NCBI GenBank assembly: GCA_024276825.1
Contig: JAJRWI010000004.1
Span: 6,506 to 70,505, forward strand
From: an archaeon
Lineage (GTDB): Archaea; Asgardarchaeota; Thorarchaeia; Thorarchaeales; Thorarchaeaceae
DNA: 64,000 nt
Reading direction: 5' to 3'
The first letter of the stretch is position 1, and each line of letters opens with the position of its first letter. A model generated the notes under the pieces. The model saw only the letters and a program-made list of their open reading frames with translations, was not told the DNA's origin and did no database searches. The position numbers and the translations under genes are program-made. This document shows positions 38,816 to 47,915 of the stretch, in pieces.

Positions 38816-39697
38816 TCAATCAACAGAGATTGTGATTATACATCCAGTGGATGAAGTGTTTATCCTTATTTTCAGGCTTGTAACCTCACTGACTTTCTCT
38901 GCTATCGCTTCATGGAATGCACAAGGAAATTTTGGCGGGGCTTTTGTTCCAGCATCCACATACCACTTGCCATCTATAAGAAGTTGACATTTTCCGGACT
39001 CAATCACCAATGTATTATCGGCTGTGGTTGGTATCTGCCCCTCATTAGTGCAGCTCATGATCATATCAACAAATAGTTGGATTGGCATTTTCGGATCTTC
39101 ATATGCGGACCATCTTCTCACAGTTGCCTCTGCAATTCTTGAGATCATTGCTTCAAGGTGTCCTTTCGGCAGGTTTGAACCGTATGCAGTGATCTCCTGA
39201 ATGGCTGCAGCAAGAACCTCAATCAGACTCTCCTGTTTTCGAACATTATCCGTCGCATAGACCTTTGGAACTGCACCGAGGGGTCTGGCGACAAGGTCCC
39301 TCTGCGATGAGGAGGTTGCGTTTCCTGCGGGAATGTCGATTGCTTGTTCACTAGATGTTTCCGCAGCTCCACTCCCAGTTGTTGTGCCATCTTCTCGCAC
39401 AAGGCCTGGAACTTCGAAATTTGGACATATTCCTGACTGCTGATAGCGTCTAGCAAACTGCATGAGACGCCCTGCACATTGAGCCACCTCATACCTGCTT
39501 AGCCCTGGAAGCCTTGCATGACCATAAATAACGCCGACAAAGTTGTCGAGAGTGAGGTCTGAGATAGTCTTCTCTACAAGTATCTTCCTTCCTCTAACAA
39601 CCCTTGCGGCCCACATGTCATTCATAACGCCAGCCTGAGCTGCGTAGCTCGTATTCTTGATGGGGACAAGGGGCGAGATAGGATAGAACTCACTCAA
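38816..39697 (-). CDS. hypothetical protein (C-terminal Cys-containing domain faintly V4R-like)
   Basis: 293 aa, TTG start with GAGGT upstream. The C-terminus reads KCQLLIDGKWYVDAGTKAPPKFPCAFHEAIAEKVSEV...STGCIITI. The family assignment is weak. Confidence 0.4.
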   Translation of the reverse strand: MSEFYPISPLVPIKNTSYAAQAGVMNDMWAARVVRGRKILVEKTISDLTLDNFVGVIYGHARLPGLSRYEVAQCAGRLMQFARRYQQSGICPNFEVPGLVREDGTTTGSGAAETSSEQAIDIPAGNATSSSQRDLVARPLGAVPKVYATDNVRKQESLIEVLAAAIQEITAYGSNLPKGHLEAMISRIAEATVRRWSAYEDPKMPIQLFVDMIMSCTNEGQIPTTADNTLVIESGKCQLLIDGKWYVDAGTKAPPKFPCAFHEAIAEKVSEVTSLKIRINTSSTGCIITISVD

Positions 39698-39777
39698 CTT
39701 CTGAACCTCTACTTCTATTATTCATTGGTCTTTATCACATAGCGACTCAAAAGACTATTGTTAATGTATCTGTGATG

Positions 39778-42267
39778 TCATTGTTTCTTGAATTGTATTT
39801 TCAAGGTTGCTATCGCATGCGGGTCCAATGCAATCTGCGCTGAGTTCTTCTCAAACACAAGGTCTCCAATCTCTCTCTCAGTGAGGTCAACTAACTTGAC
39901 TGATTCAATGTCTTGTGAAAACTCAATATCAATGCACGAGGTCTCGCCATTCATCTCAAAGAGTCTGAATATGTATTCTTTCTCATTAGTGGTTGGCTTC
40001 ACGCAGGTGATCATCACCTCGCCGCCACGCACACTAACCAGTGAATATTGCACTGGCATTGACCTGTCGGTCTCGTCTATTACCCTGTGCAGTAGCGGAA
40101 GTCTATGCTCTGATGCTCTCCTCCAGACTTCTGAATCCTCAGGACTGTCTTTGAATGTCGAGATCATGTACCGATAGAATAGCCTGCCTGTTTCGCGGGA
40201 TGTCTTGGTTTCAACAACATCATCATCAAGGCCACGCGAGAGATGGTCTACACTCCTAAGTAATGTTGCTCTAAGTTTTCCATCGGTAAACTCGAACTCA
40301 TGCAATCCTGGAGCTGATATGCAGATGGCAAAATCTGGGCTCTCACAGAGCACCCAGTCCAAAGCACTAAATGCCCCTTCTGCTGGGTCTTCCCATGAAT
40401 AGAGCTCTTGGCTTCTGGTACTCCTGCTCTCTGCGATGAATTGTGCTCCAACTTTCACATGATCATTGAAGACGGTCAGAGGGAAGTTGAGTCGCATTCT
40501 CTTTGAACGGCCTTTAAAATCAACCCCCAGCGTCATATCAATGCGTGTGATACTATCATAGACCATGATCTCCTGTTCAATCGCCATACCTCCCATCTCT
40601 CGCGTGACTCTCATTACCCCTCTTACAGGACCTTCCTCAATAACCTCAAGTTTGCCCGAAACCCTTTCACTAGTGAGGTCACTCTCTGGTGTACTGAGCT
40701 CAGAACGCGAATACCTGTATAAGTCCCCAACATCATTCTCTATGGTTATGTAGTTTCCAAGATCAGATAGTACCTCAAACTGTCCTGTTTTGTCGAGGAT
40801 TCGAGATATTGACCCACTAAAGTCTTCAAACTCAATTGAGAAAATCCTTGACTCAAGCCAATTCTTTCCGCTTCGTATTTGTGACTCGAACTCTGGTTGT
40901 CTTTCCACTGGAACTACCGAGAACACCTTGTATCCCAGGGGCGGGAGGTCCCTAGCAACGAATACGATATCAGCAGAGCCCGTTTCATCATTAATTCCGT
41001 TTATCTGATACACCATGTCATTACCCTCAGTGTCCTTGATAGCAAAGAACTCGCTATCAATCTTCGAGAGGTCAATGACAGTTTCCACAACATCTGTGCG
41101 TTCCCAGTTTAGAGGGTTAAACACGGCAATGCTAAGACACTCATTAACAGTCGCAATCTTCCTTGTTAGCTTCCTAATTGTTTCATCAAGCATCTGCTTA
41201 GCTCGCTCTTTGCCCTGATTGAACCTCTTTACTGCAAGTTGATATGGCGCATCTGCACAAGTCCCTCGAATAATATTGTGATCCTGATTGAACAATAGAA
41301 TCCTCCATATATTCTCAATTGATGTGCCATTGTTCTTTTCTCCCAGAATAGAACGAAATACCTCAATCATATATAACAGCCCTTCCAATTCTCTGTTAAG
41401 AAGTTTTAACCTGATTCTTCCTGACAGTCCGCCAGACCTGATCCCTGCAAATCTCCCTGCAATTAGGGGACCTGCTATGACTGGAAACTCTGCCTGAACT
41501 GACTTGATCTTGTCAATATACTCTCGAGGGGTTGTGATAACCAGACGCGTGTCTTGAAATGTCATGTTCCATTTGTGGACAAGATCTGCCAGATGCGGGG
41601 GTGGCGGTACCAACTCTCCACCGACAGGAATGAACAGATTTGACGAGACCGATCTCTGACTACTCTCTTCAATAATCCCCAGTAAATTAGAGAATGCCTC
41701 TCGTGCGTTCTCCGATAGCCATGCTGCTACCTCATAGCCCATTGGCAACCAGATTGCATTCACACGACTTCCATCTGGACCTTTCCAAACGAACTCGGTT
41801 GGTGCATCATATGGCATGCCCCTCCAGAAGAAGAACGAGTCAATTCCACACAGTCTCAAGATCTGAGGCAGTTGGGAACAATGACCTGCCGAGTCGATTG
41901 CCCACCCTGTCTTTACATCAATGCCAAACTCTTTTCTGAAGTAGTTCATCCCGATTAGAAACTGTCTAACAATTGACTCACCATCAGGGATTATGAAATC
42001 TGGCATGACATAGGTTCCGCCCACCAGCTCCAATTGTCCATCCAGCACCTTCTTCTGCAACTCGTCCCAGTAATTTGGAAATAGTCGTTGAAACCCTTCA
42101 AGGAGGGTGACTTGATCAATACAGAATTTGTGTTCCGACTCGATATTCAAATAATCAAGAGCGCTCTTAATGTTCCATGAAGCTATACTGATATTATGCT
42201 CGAAGGTCTGTATTCTAGAGTTATCAAAATGCAAGAACGGGCAGACATTTACCATCCAACGTTGCAT
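39778..42267 (-). CDS. glycoside hydrolase family 38 alpha-mannosidase
   Basis: ELVGGTYVMPDFIIPDGESIVRQFLIGMNYFRKEFGIDVKTGWAIDSAGHCSQLPQILRLCGIDSFFFWRG matches the GH38 core. The N-terminal LHFD retains the HxD metal motif. Confidence 0.85.
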   Translation of the reverse strand: MQRWMVNVCPFLHFDNSRIQTFEHNISIASWNIKSALDYLNIESEHKFCIDQVTLLEGFQRLFPNYWDELQKKVLDGQLELVGGTYVMPDFIIPDGESIVRQFLIGMNYFRKEFGIDVKTGWAIDSAGHCSQLPQILRLCGIDSFFFWRGMPYDAPTEFVWKGPDGSRVNAIWLPMGYEVAAWLSENAREAFSNLLGIIEESSQRSVSSNLFIPVGGELVPPPPHLADLVHKWNMTFQDTRLVITTPREYIDKIKSVQAEFPVIAGPLIAGRFAGIRSGGLSGRIRLKLLNRELEGLLYMIEVFRSILGEKNNGTSIENIWRILLFNQDHNIIRGTCADAPYQLAVKRFNQGKERAKQMLDETIRKLTRKIATVNECLSIAVFNPLNWERTDVVETVIDLSKIDSEFFAIKDTEGNDMVYQINGINDETGSADIVFVARDLPPLGYKVFSVVPVERQPEFESQIRSGKNWLESRIFSIEFEDFSGSISRILDKTGQFEVLSDLGNYITIENDVGDLYRYSRSELSTPESDLTSERVSGKLEVIEEGPVRGVMRVTREMGGMAIEQEIMVYDSITRIDMTLGVDFKGRSKRMRLNFPLTVFNDHVKVGAQFIAESRSTRSQELYSWEDPAEGAFSALDWVLCESPDFAICISAPGLHEFEFTDGKLRATLLRSVDHLSRGLDDDVVETKTSRETGRLFYRYMISTFKDSPEDSEVWRRASEHRLPLLHRVIDETDRSMPVQYSLVSVRGGEVMITCVKPTTNEKEYIFRLFEMNGETSCIDIEFSQDIESVKLVDLTEREIGDLVFEKNSAQIALDPHAIATLKIQFKKQ

Positions 42268-42384
42268 TGTTCCTCAACTCGCATGTTAAGAGAAAAAATG
42301 GCATCTCACCTTTATAGGCATTCGGTGTGTCTGCCATCAACACTCAAAGGGATATTTGTGTTGACATCTTCTAAAAAGAAAAGT

Positions 42385-42443
42385 GTTGAACGCCTCTAAT
42401 AGAAGGATTCAGCACTTGTGAATGTCTATTAGAGGCATTCAAC
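42385..42443. repeat. 59-nt near-perfect hairpin (19-bp stem with 1 mismatch, plus 5-bp inner stem) between cdc48 stop and mannosidase start
   Basis: gttgaacgcctctaataga ... tctattagaggcattcaac. The loop contains attca/tgaat pairing. Confidence 0.6.
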
Positions 42444-42509
42444 ATCTTGGTTATATCTTCTTGGCGGGTCTGTTTCATCTAGAAACTGGCCTTGGTTGAA
42501 TGCTGGCAA

Positions 42510-44702
42510 TCACACAAACCCTGGTGGCTCCGCCTTTCTTGGATCCGGTCTTCGTCGGATGACTCTGTCTGCCATCTCCCTGAATCGTTTGATGTCTTCA
42601 GATGCAATGCTCGGTCTGACTTCCTCCATTGCCTTCTTGAAGTGTTCCATTCTAATGGGTTTGGCTTTCCAGTCATCACGGACAGCAGCCATTGCTGCCT
42701 CCCTGCACAATCCTTCAATGTCCGCACCAGAGTATCCCTCGGTCATATTGGCCAATTCCTCTAAATCCACATCATCATGAAGTGGCATGTTCTTGGTATG
42801 CACCTTTAGAATCTCCAGACGGGCATCTCTATCAGGAGGCGGCACAAAGATCACATTATCAAACCTGCCTGGTCTGAGCACCGCAGGGTCAATGATATCT
42901 GCCCTGTTTGTGGCACCAATCACAAGGACATTCTTGAGACTTTGAATTCCATCGAGTTCCGCAAGGAACTGGTTCACAATCTTTCTGCCAACTCCAGAGG
43001 TCTCATCACGTAGACTTCTTGATGCAAGGATTGCGTCAATCTCGTCAAAGAACAGGACGCATGGAGCCGTCTGTCTGGCCTTCTTGAAGATCTCTCTGAT
43101 GGCTCGCTCAGACTCACCGACCCATTTGTTAAACACTTCAGGCCCACGGATTGAGATGAAATTGGCCTCACTTTCGGTTGCCACTGCTTTTGCAAGTAGG
43201 GTCTTGCCAGTACCAGGAGGTCCGAATAGAAGCACTCCCTTTGGAGCTCGGATCCCCATCTCCTTAAACACATCAGAGTGTTTCAATGGTGCTTCTACTG
43301 CCTCCTTAAGCTTCGCCTTGACATCCTTGAGCCCACCGACATCATCCCAATGGACATTTGGCTTCTCAACAAGAACTTCTCTAAGAGCAGATGGTGAAAC
43401 CTCTGACACTGCTGACTCAAAGTCTTCCTGAGTGACAAACAGCTGGTTCAATACATCTGATGGTATCTCACCAGTCACCGGGTCCACGTGTGGTAATGCA
43501 CGACGCAGCGCATGCATTGCAGCCTCTCTTGCCAGAGCCGCAAGGTCTGCACCAACGAAACCATGGGTTCTGGCAGCAAGGCTCTCCAGGTTAACATCAT
43601 CTGCAAGGGGCATTGATCTGGTGTGAATCTCAAGTATCTCCAGTCTTCCCTTCTTGTCAGGAACACCGATCTCGATCTCGCGGTCGAATCTGCCTGGCCT
43701 GCGAAGGGCCTCATCGAGATCATCAGGCCTGTTTGTTGCTCCAATAACAATGACCTGACCTCTTCCTGCCAGGCCATCCATTAGTGCAAGGAGTTGTGCC
43801 ACTACTCTTCGTTCCACCTCTCCAGTCACTTCAGACCTCTTTGGAGCAATGCTGTCAATTTCATCAATGAAGATTATGCTTGGAGCATTCTCCTCTGCCT
43901 CTTTGAATATCTCTCTCAGCTTCTGCTCTGATTCACCATAGAATTTGCCCATTATCTCTGGACCATTGATTGTGAGGAAGTTTGCTCCAGCCTCATTTGC
44001 AACAGCTTTTGCAATCAATGTCTTTCCTGTGCCTGGTGGACCGTGCAATAGCACTCCTTTTGGCGGGGTGATGCCAAGACGCTTGAATAGTGCTGGTGAC
44101 TTCATTGGGAGCTCGATCATTTCTCTGATCTTCTGCAGCTCCTTGCTCAAGCCACCAATGTCCTCATAAGTGACAGATGGCGTTGCATAGTCTTCTGGTG
44201 ACACAGGCTTCTGCATGACTTCGACTTTGGTGTTCTGGTCAATCTTTGCAAATTTGCTAGGACTCACACTTGTGACCACGAAGTACATCCCGCGTCCGAG
44301 TACTCCAACGACCATCACATCGCCACGAGTCACTGCCCTGTACAATATCCTGTTCTTTATATACTCGTCAAAGCCACGTCCAGTTGGAATTGGTTCGGTT
44401 GGTGCAATGACCACTTTCTGAGCAACAGGTGGTTCTACCTTCCTCACTTCCACCATGTCCATGAGCTTTACACCTGCATTATTACGAATTATGCCGTCCA
44501 TTCGAATGATGTCTTCATTCTCATCTTCCATCATTGCAGGCCTGAATGTGGCTATGGTCTCCTTCTGTCCCTTGATCAAGACATAGTCGCCAGTCCGGAG
44601 ACCTAATTTCTCTCTCACTCTTGAATTCAATCTTACAAAACCGCGGCCATGGTCTTTGGGAAGGGCCGCGGTCACCTGTAGCTGTATTGACTCCCCAGTC
44701 AT
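42510..44702 (-). CDS. cdc48: Cdc48/VCP/p97-type AAA+ ATPase
   Basis: 730 aa. N-domain ([22 protein letters not shown]) plus two AAA modules with Walker [13 protein letters not shown] and [12 protein letters not shown]. Confidence 0.95.
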   Translation of the reverse strand: MTGESIQLQVTAALPKDHGRGFVRLNSRVREKLGLRTGDYVLIKGQKETIATFRPAMMEDENEDIIRMDGIIRNNAGVKLMDMVEVRKVEPPVAQKVVIAPTEPIPTGRGFDEYIKNRILYRAVTRGDVMVVGVLGRGMYFVVTSVSPSKFAKIDQNTKVEVMQKPVSPEDYATPSVTYEDIGGLSKELQKIREMIELPMKSPALFKRLGITPPKGVLLHGPPGTGKTLIAKAVANEAGANFLTINGPEIMGKFYGESEQKLREIFKEAEENAPSIIFIDEIDSIAPKRSEVTGEVERRVVAQLLALMDGLAGRGQVIVIGATNRPDDLDEALRRPGRFDREIEIGVPDKKGRLEILEIHTRSMPLADDVNLESLAARTHGFVGADLAALAREAAMHALRRALPHVDPVTGEIPSDVLNQLFVTQEDFESAVSEVSPSALREVLVEKPNVHWDDVGGLKDVKAKLKEAVEAPLKHSDVFKEMGIRAPKGVLLFGPPGTGKTLLAKAVATESEANFISIRGPEVFNKWVGESERAIREIFKKARQTAPCVLFFDEIDAILASRSLRDETSGVGRKIVNQFLAELDGIQSLKNVLVIGATNRADIIDPAVLRPGRFDNVIFVPPPDRDARLEILKVHTKNMPLHDDVDLEELANMTEGYSGADIEGLCREAAMAAVRDDWKAKPIRMEHFKKAMEEVRPSIASEDIKRFREMADRVIRRRPDPRKAEPPGFV

Positions 44703-44717
44703 CTTCTTTCCCTCCTT

Positions 44718-45161
44718 TTAGATCATCCTGATGCTCCTATACTCGTCATCGTTGCTTTTTGAGTTCTCAGCTTTAAACAGCTCAACCTCGATGGTCCCGT
44801 TTCTGAATGAACCGGTTGACCTCTCTATGTCAACCTCAAAGGGCAACTCAACTGTAATCTCCTTGCCCTCTTCCTCCTCACTAAGTACTCTCATCTTCTT
44901 TCCTCTCACTAGTATTGATGGCTCTTTCTGATATGCAAATCCATCAATGACCACTAGCATCTTGTCGCCGAGTTCTATCTTCTCAACAGATGCCTTGCTT
45001 TCTTCCTTAACTCTTGGTCTTACCTGATTGGTTTCAATGTTTGGAGCACTGGTCGCATGAACTCGTATCTGAAATGCACCATTGCCACCTAGACCAAAGG
45101 AGTTTCCAAAGAATCTCTCTATTATCTCTCGAAACATTCTGTCAAACTCATCTTCTATCAT
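44718..45161 (-). CDS. Hsp20/alpha-crystallin-like small heat-shock protein
   Basis: VEKIELGDKMLVVIDGFAY...ITVELPFEVDIERSTGSFRNGTIEVELFK fits an ACD-like beta-sandwich. ATG 45161 has a strong AAGGAGG SD, and the track extension to 45215 covers a palindrome. Ends 15 nt upstream of cdc48. Confidence 0.55.
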   Translation of the reverse strand: MIEDEFDRMFREIIERFFGNSFGLGGNGAFQIRVHATSAPNIETNQVRPRVKEESKASVEKIELGDKMLVVIDGFAYQKEPSILVRGKKMRVLSEEEEGKEITVELPFEVDIERSTGSFRNGTIEVELFKAENSKSNDDEYRSIRMI

Positions 45162-45188
45162 AGCTATCAACCTCCTTTGGGGAAGCCC

Positions 45189-45294
45189 AGGCGGCAGATG
45201 CCGCCTCAGAATCACTTGGGCTTCTTTTTGTGCGTGTTAGCTAGTGGGACTAAAGCCCTTTTGGTATATTAGTGCTAGGGACCTTTTGGTATAT
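45189..45294 (-). promoter_or_regulatory. candidate promoter/operator of the hsp20-cdc48 pair: duplicated CCTTTTGGTATAT motif plus 8-bp-arm palindrome
   Basis: ccttttggtatat occurs at 45257-45269 and 45282-45294; on the minus strand these read (T)TATATACCAAAAGG and TAATATACCAAAAGG, both TATA-like. The palindrome aggcggca-ga-tgccgcct is at 45189-45206. Confidence 0.4.
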
Positions 45295-45385
45295 AAGGTT
45301 TACGTTTGCTCAAGAATACATCTGGTCTGTGCTTCACTGAAGGATGAAAAACGAAAGGTTAACGTTTAGGACTGAATTATAATGT

Positions 45386-46777
45386 TCAATCAACAGTGAT
45401 GTTTTCTTTTCTTAAGATGTCCCTTGCAATTATGACACCTGATACTGAAGCCTGCATCAGCCCTCGCGTCAGTCCTGCACCATCGCCAGCAACATAGAGG
45501 TTTTTGATCTCAGTTTCGAGATATTCATTCGTTCTCAATCGTGTCGAATAAAACTTGACTTCAACCCCGTAAAGTAAAGTTCCATCATCAGCAACGCCTG
45601 GACAGAGTTTGTCAAGGGCATCGATCATTTCAAGTATGGAACTAAGATGTCTATATGGCAGGGCGAAGCTGAGGTCGCCAGGACAAGCACTTGGTAATGT
45701 GGGTTTTACAGCACTTCGTGAAATTCTCTCAGCAGTACTTCTTTTTCCTCTTCGAAGATCTGCTAGTCTTTGAACGAGAACACCATCTCCAAGCATGTTT
45801 GCAAGTCCTGCAATTGAACTTCCATACCTGATCGGCTCGTTGAACGGTGCAGTGAACTTGGTTGATACAAGAAGTGCAAAGTTTGTATTGCCAGTCTTCT
45901 CATTGGCAAAGGACTGTCCATTGACAGTGAGGATGTCTTCATAATACTCAGTCGTAATCACACCCCCAGGATTGAAGCAGAACAGTCTGACCTTATCATC
46001 GAACTGTTTTGAGTAATAGATGAGTTTAGGTTCATAGAGTGCCTTGGCAATATCTTCCATCACTGGTGCTGGGATCTCCACTCGCACACCAATGTCTACG
46101 TAGTTGTTCTCCTGAGAGAGAAACAGTCTGTCAGCTTGACTCTTGAGCCATTGACTGCCTACCCTGCCTGGAGCCGCTATGACATATTTTGAAGTTATCC
46201 TTGTGCCTCCGTTAGTGTCAAGACCCTGGACCAGCGAACCATTAACATGAAGGTCCTTGGCCTCTGTATTGAATTGAATCTCGACATTTTTGGCCAGATC
46301 ATTAAACATTTTACTCATGACCTCAATGCAGCCCTCCCTGCCCATATGACGGACTCTCTGAGGTATGAGTTCCATGCCCACTAGAGCAGCCCTTCTTGAA
46401 TATTCATCAATGGCATCCTGATCTGCTCCGAATACTTTTTCGGGCGCTCCATACTTGATGTAAATGTCGTCAACATACTTCATCAGTTCTAGAAGTCTTT
46501 CCTCTCCAATAATCTCATCCAGCCACCCGCCAACTCTAGTGGAGAAAGTGAGCTTGCCATCTGAAAAGGCTCCTGCACCACCCCACCCCGCCAAGATATG
46601 GCAGGGGTTGCATTTCTTACATCCTCTGGCCATCGTAGAATTTGGACAGTGCCTCTTTTTAATGTCCTTGCCCTTCTCTATCATTACTATTCTTAGATCC
46701 TGCTTGTGCTTTATCAGCTCGAGCGCACAAAAGATTCCGGCTGGACCACTACCGACGATCGCTACATCAAATTCCAA
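45386..46777 (-). CDS. FAD-dependent oxidoreductase (COG2509-like)
   Basis: FDVAIVGSGPAGIFCALEL dinucleotide-binding motif, AFSDGKL, and a C-terminal YVAGDGAGLTRG. TTG start only. Confidence 0.7.
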   Translation of the reverse strand: MEFDVAIVGSGPAGIFCALELIKHKQDLRIVMIEKGKDIKKRHCPNSTMARGCKKCNPCHILAGWGGAGAFSDGKLTFSTRVGGWLDEIIGEERLLELMKYVDDIYIKYGAPEKVFGADQDAIDEYSRRAALVGMELIPQRVRHMGREGCIEVMSKMFNDLAKNVEIQFNTEAKDLHVNGSLVQGLDTNGGTRITSKYVIAAPGRVGSQWLKSQADRLFLSQENNYVDIGVRVEIPAPVMEDIAKALYEPKLIYYSKQFDDKVRLFCFNPGGVITTEYYEDILTVNGQSFANEKTGNTNFALLVSTKFTAPFNEPIRYGSSIAGLANMLGDGVLVQRLADLRRGKRSTAERISRSAVKPTLPSACPGDLSFALPYRHLSSILEMIDALDKLCPGVADDGTLLYGVEVKFYSTRLRTNEYLETEIKNLYVAGDGAGLTRGLMQASVSGVIIARDILRKENITVD

Positions 46778-46917
46778 AGTAGAACGCTCCAGATAATTGG
46801 CTCCGGGTCAATCGCAACTAATGTGAATGATTCTTAAGGCTTTGCGTTCATTGCAAAACTTCGACCATACCTCAAAGATTTAACTAGGATGGACACATTC
46901 AAAGATTGGTGCTAGAA

Positions 46918-47829
46918 ATGGCAAATTGCTCCCTCTGTGGTGCCGAAACCACTGCCTTCATTTGTCCCTACTGTAAAAGCGTGTTTTGCTTTGAACACAA
47001 ATTGCCAGAGAGCCATGGATGTCCGGCATTTCAAATGACTCAGGCTCCAGGAATTATAGATAATGAAGAATATGAAGAGCCTGAGCCATCACGAGTTTCT
47101 CGCTTTCGGCCAAGAAAGAAGCAAATTCAGTCCCGGTCCATTCCATATCGCGGATCAAGAAGAAAGACTAGGTTTTCAGAAAGGGAGAAGAAAGACCTTT
47201 TAATTGCATCAATTCTTGTGATACTGGTCAGCATATCCATGATGGGCTTTGGTCGTGGAGGAATCATTAGTGCTATTGCCAGTCTTTATGTATTAGTTAT
47301 GTCGGGCTTTTGGTGGGCTCCAGTCATCACCAGTTCTATCTTCCTCTTTTCGTTTATGGCACATGAGATGGCACACAAGTTTACGGCGCAGAAGTATGGA
47401 ATGTGGAGCGAGTTTCGAATGACAGTTTCTGGCTATTATCTCTCTCTCATTGCGATTCTATTCTCATTTCCAATTTTTGGCACAGGTGCAGTATTCACTA
47501 GTGGGACTGCAAGTGAGGATGAAATTGCCAAGAGTAATCTTGCTGGCCCCCTCACGAATTTTGTGATAGCCTCGATTTTGTCTGTTGTGATCATATTAGC
47601 AGTAGGAGCCCTTGGAAGTCCCAGTTCAAGTTATGCATTGTATGTGTTCATTGCAATGGTGAACTTTGGAGTCATTCTAAATGGTTGGCTTGGTCTATTC
47701 AACATGATTCCTTTTCAGCCCTTTGATGGTGGTACCGTGTTCGCATGGAACAGAGTTGTATGGGCAGTACTAACAATTGGACTTGTATTTCTCATGATTC
47801 TGGGATATCTGATCTTTCCAGCGCTATAA
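46918..47829 (+). CDS. zf-AN1 zinc finger fused to an M50 site-2 protease-like membrane domain
   Basis: CSLCGAETTAFICPYCKSVFCFEHKLPESHGC is AN1-type. The TM region carries HEMAHKF (HExxH) and NMIPFQPFDGG (NxxPxxxxDG). Confidence 0.75.
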   Translation: MANCSLCGAETTAFICPYCKSVFCFEHKLPESHGCPAFQMTQAPGIIDNEEYEEPEPSRVSRFRPRKKQIQSRSIPYRGSRRKTRFSEREKKDLLIASILVILVSISMMGFGRGGIISAIASLYVLVMSGFWWAPVITSSIFLFSFMAHEMAHKFTAQKYGMWSEFRMTVSGYYLSLIAILFSFPIFGTGAVFTSGTASEDEIAKSNLAGPLTNFVIASILSVVIILAVGALGSPSSSYALYVFIAMVNFGVILNGWLGLFNMIPFQPFDGGTVFAWNRVVWAVLTIGLVFLMILGYLIFPAL

Positions 47830-47915
47830 TCTAAGCCTGCATAAAATATTACCATGGTTTATAGTATTCATCGTGTTGTTCATCTTATTATCTCAGATGA
47901 GGGACCATACGATTG

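Noticed and set aside
42692-44421. Numerous 60-115-aa ORFs antisense or out of frame within cdc48 (similar sets occur within the mannosidase, ligase and nnr genes)
   Set aside because: They are shadow ORFs of long, confidently assigned genes, and their translations are low-complexity.
45162-45215. N-terminal 18-codon extension of the hsp20-like ORF in the track (MILRRHLPPGLPQRRLIA)
   Set aside because: The extension is encoded by the GC palindrome. A strong AAGGAGG SD sits directly before the internal ATG at 45161, so the extension is more likely 5' UTR/operator.
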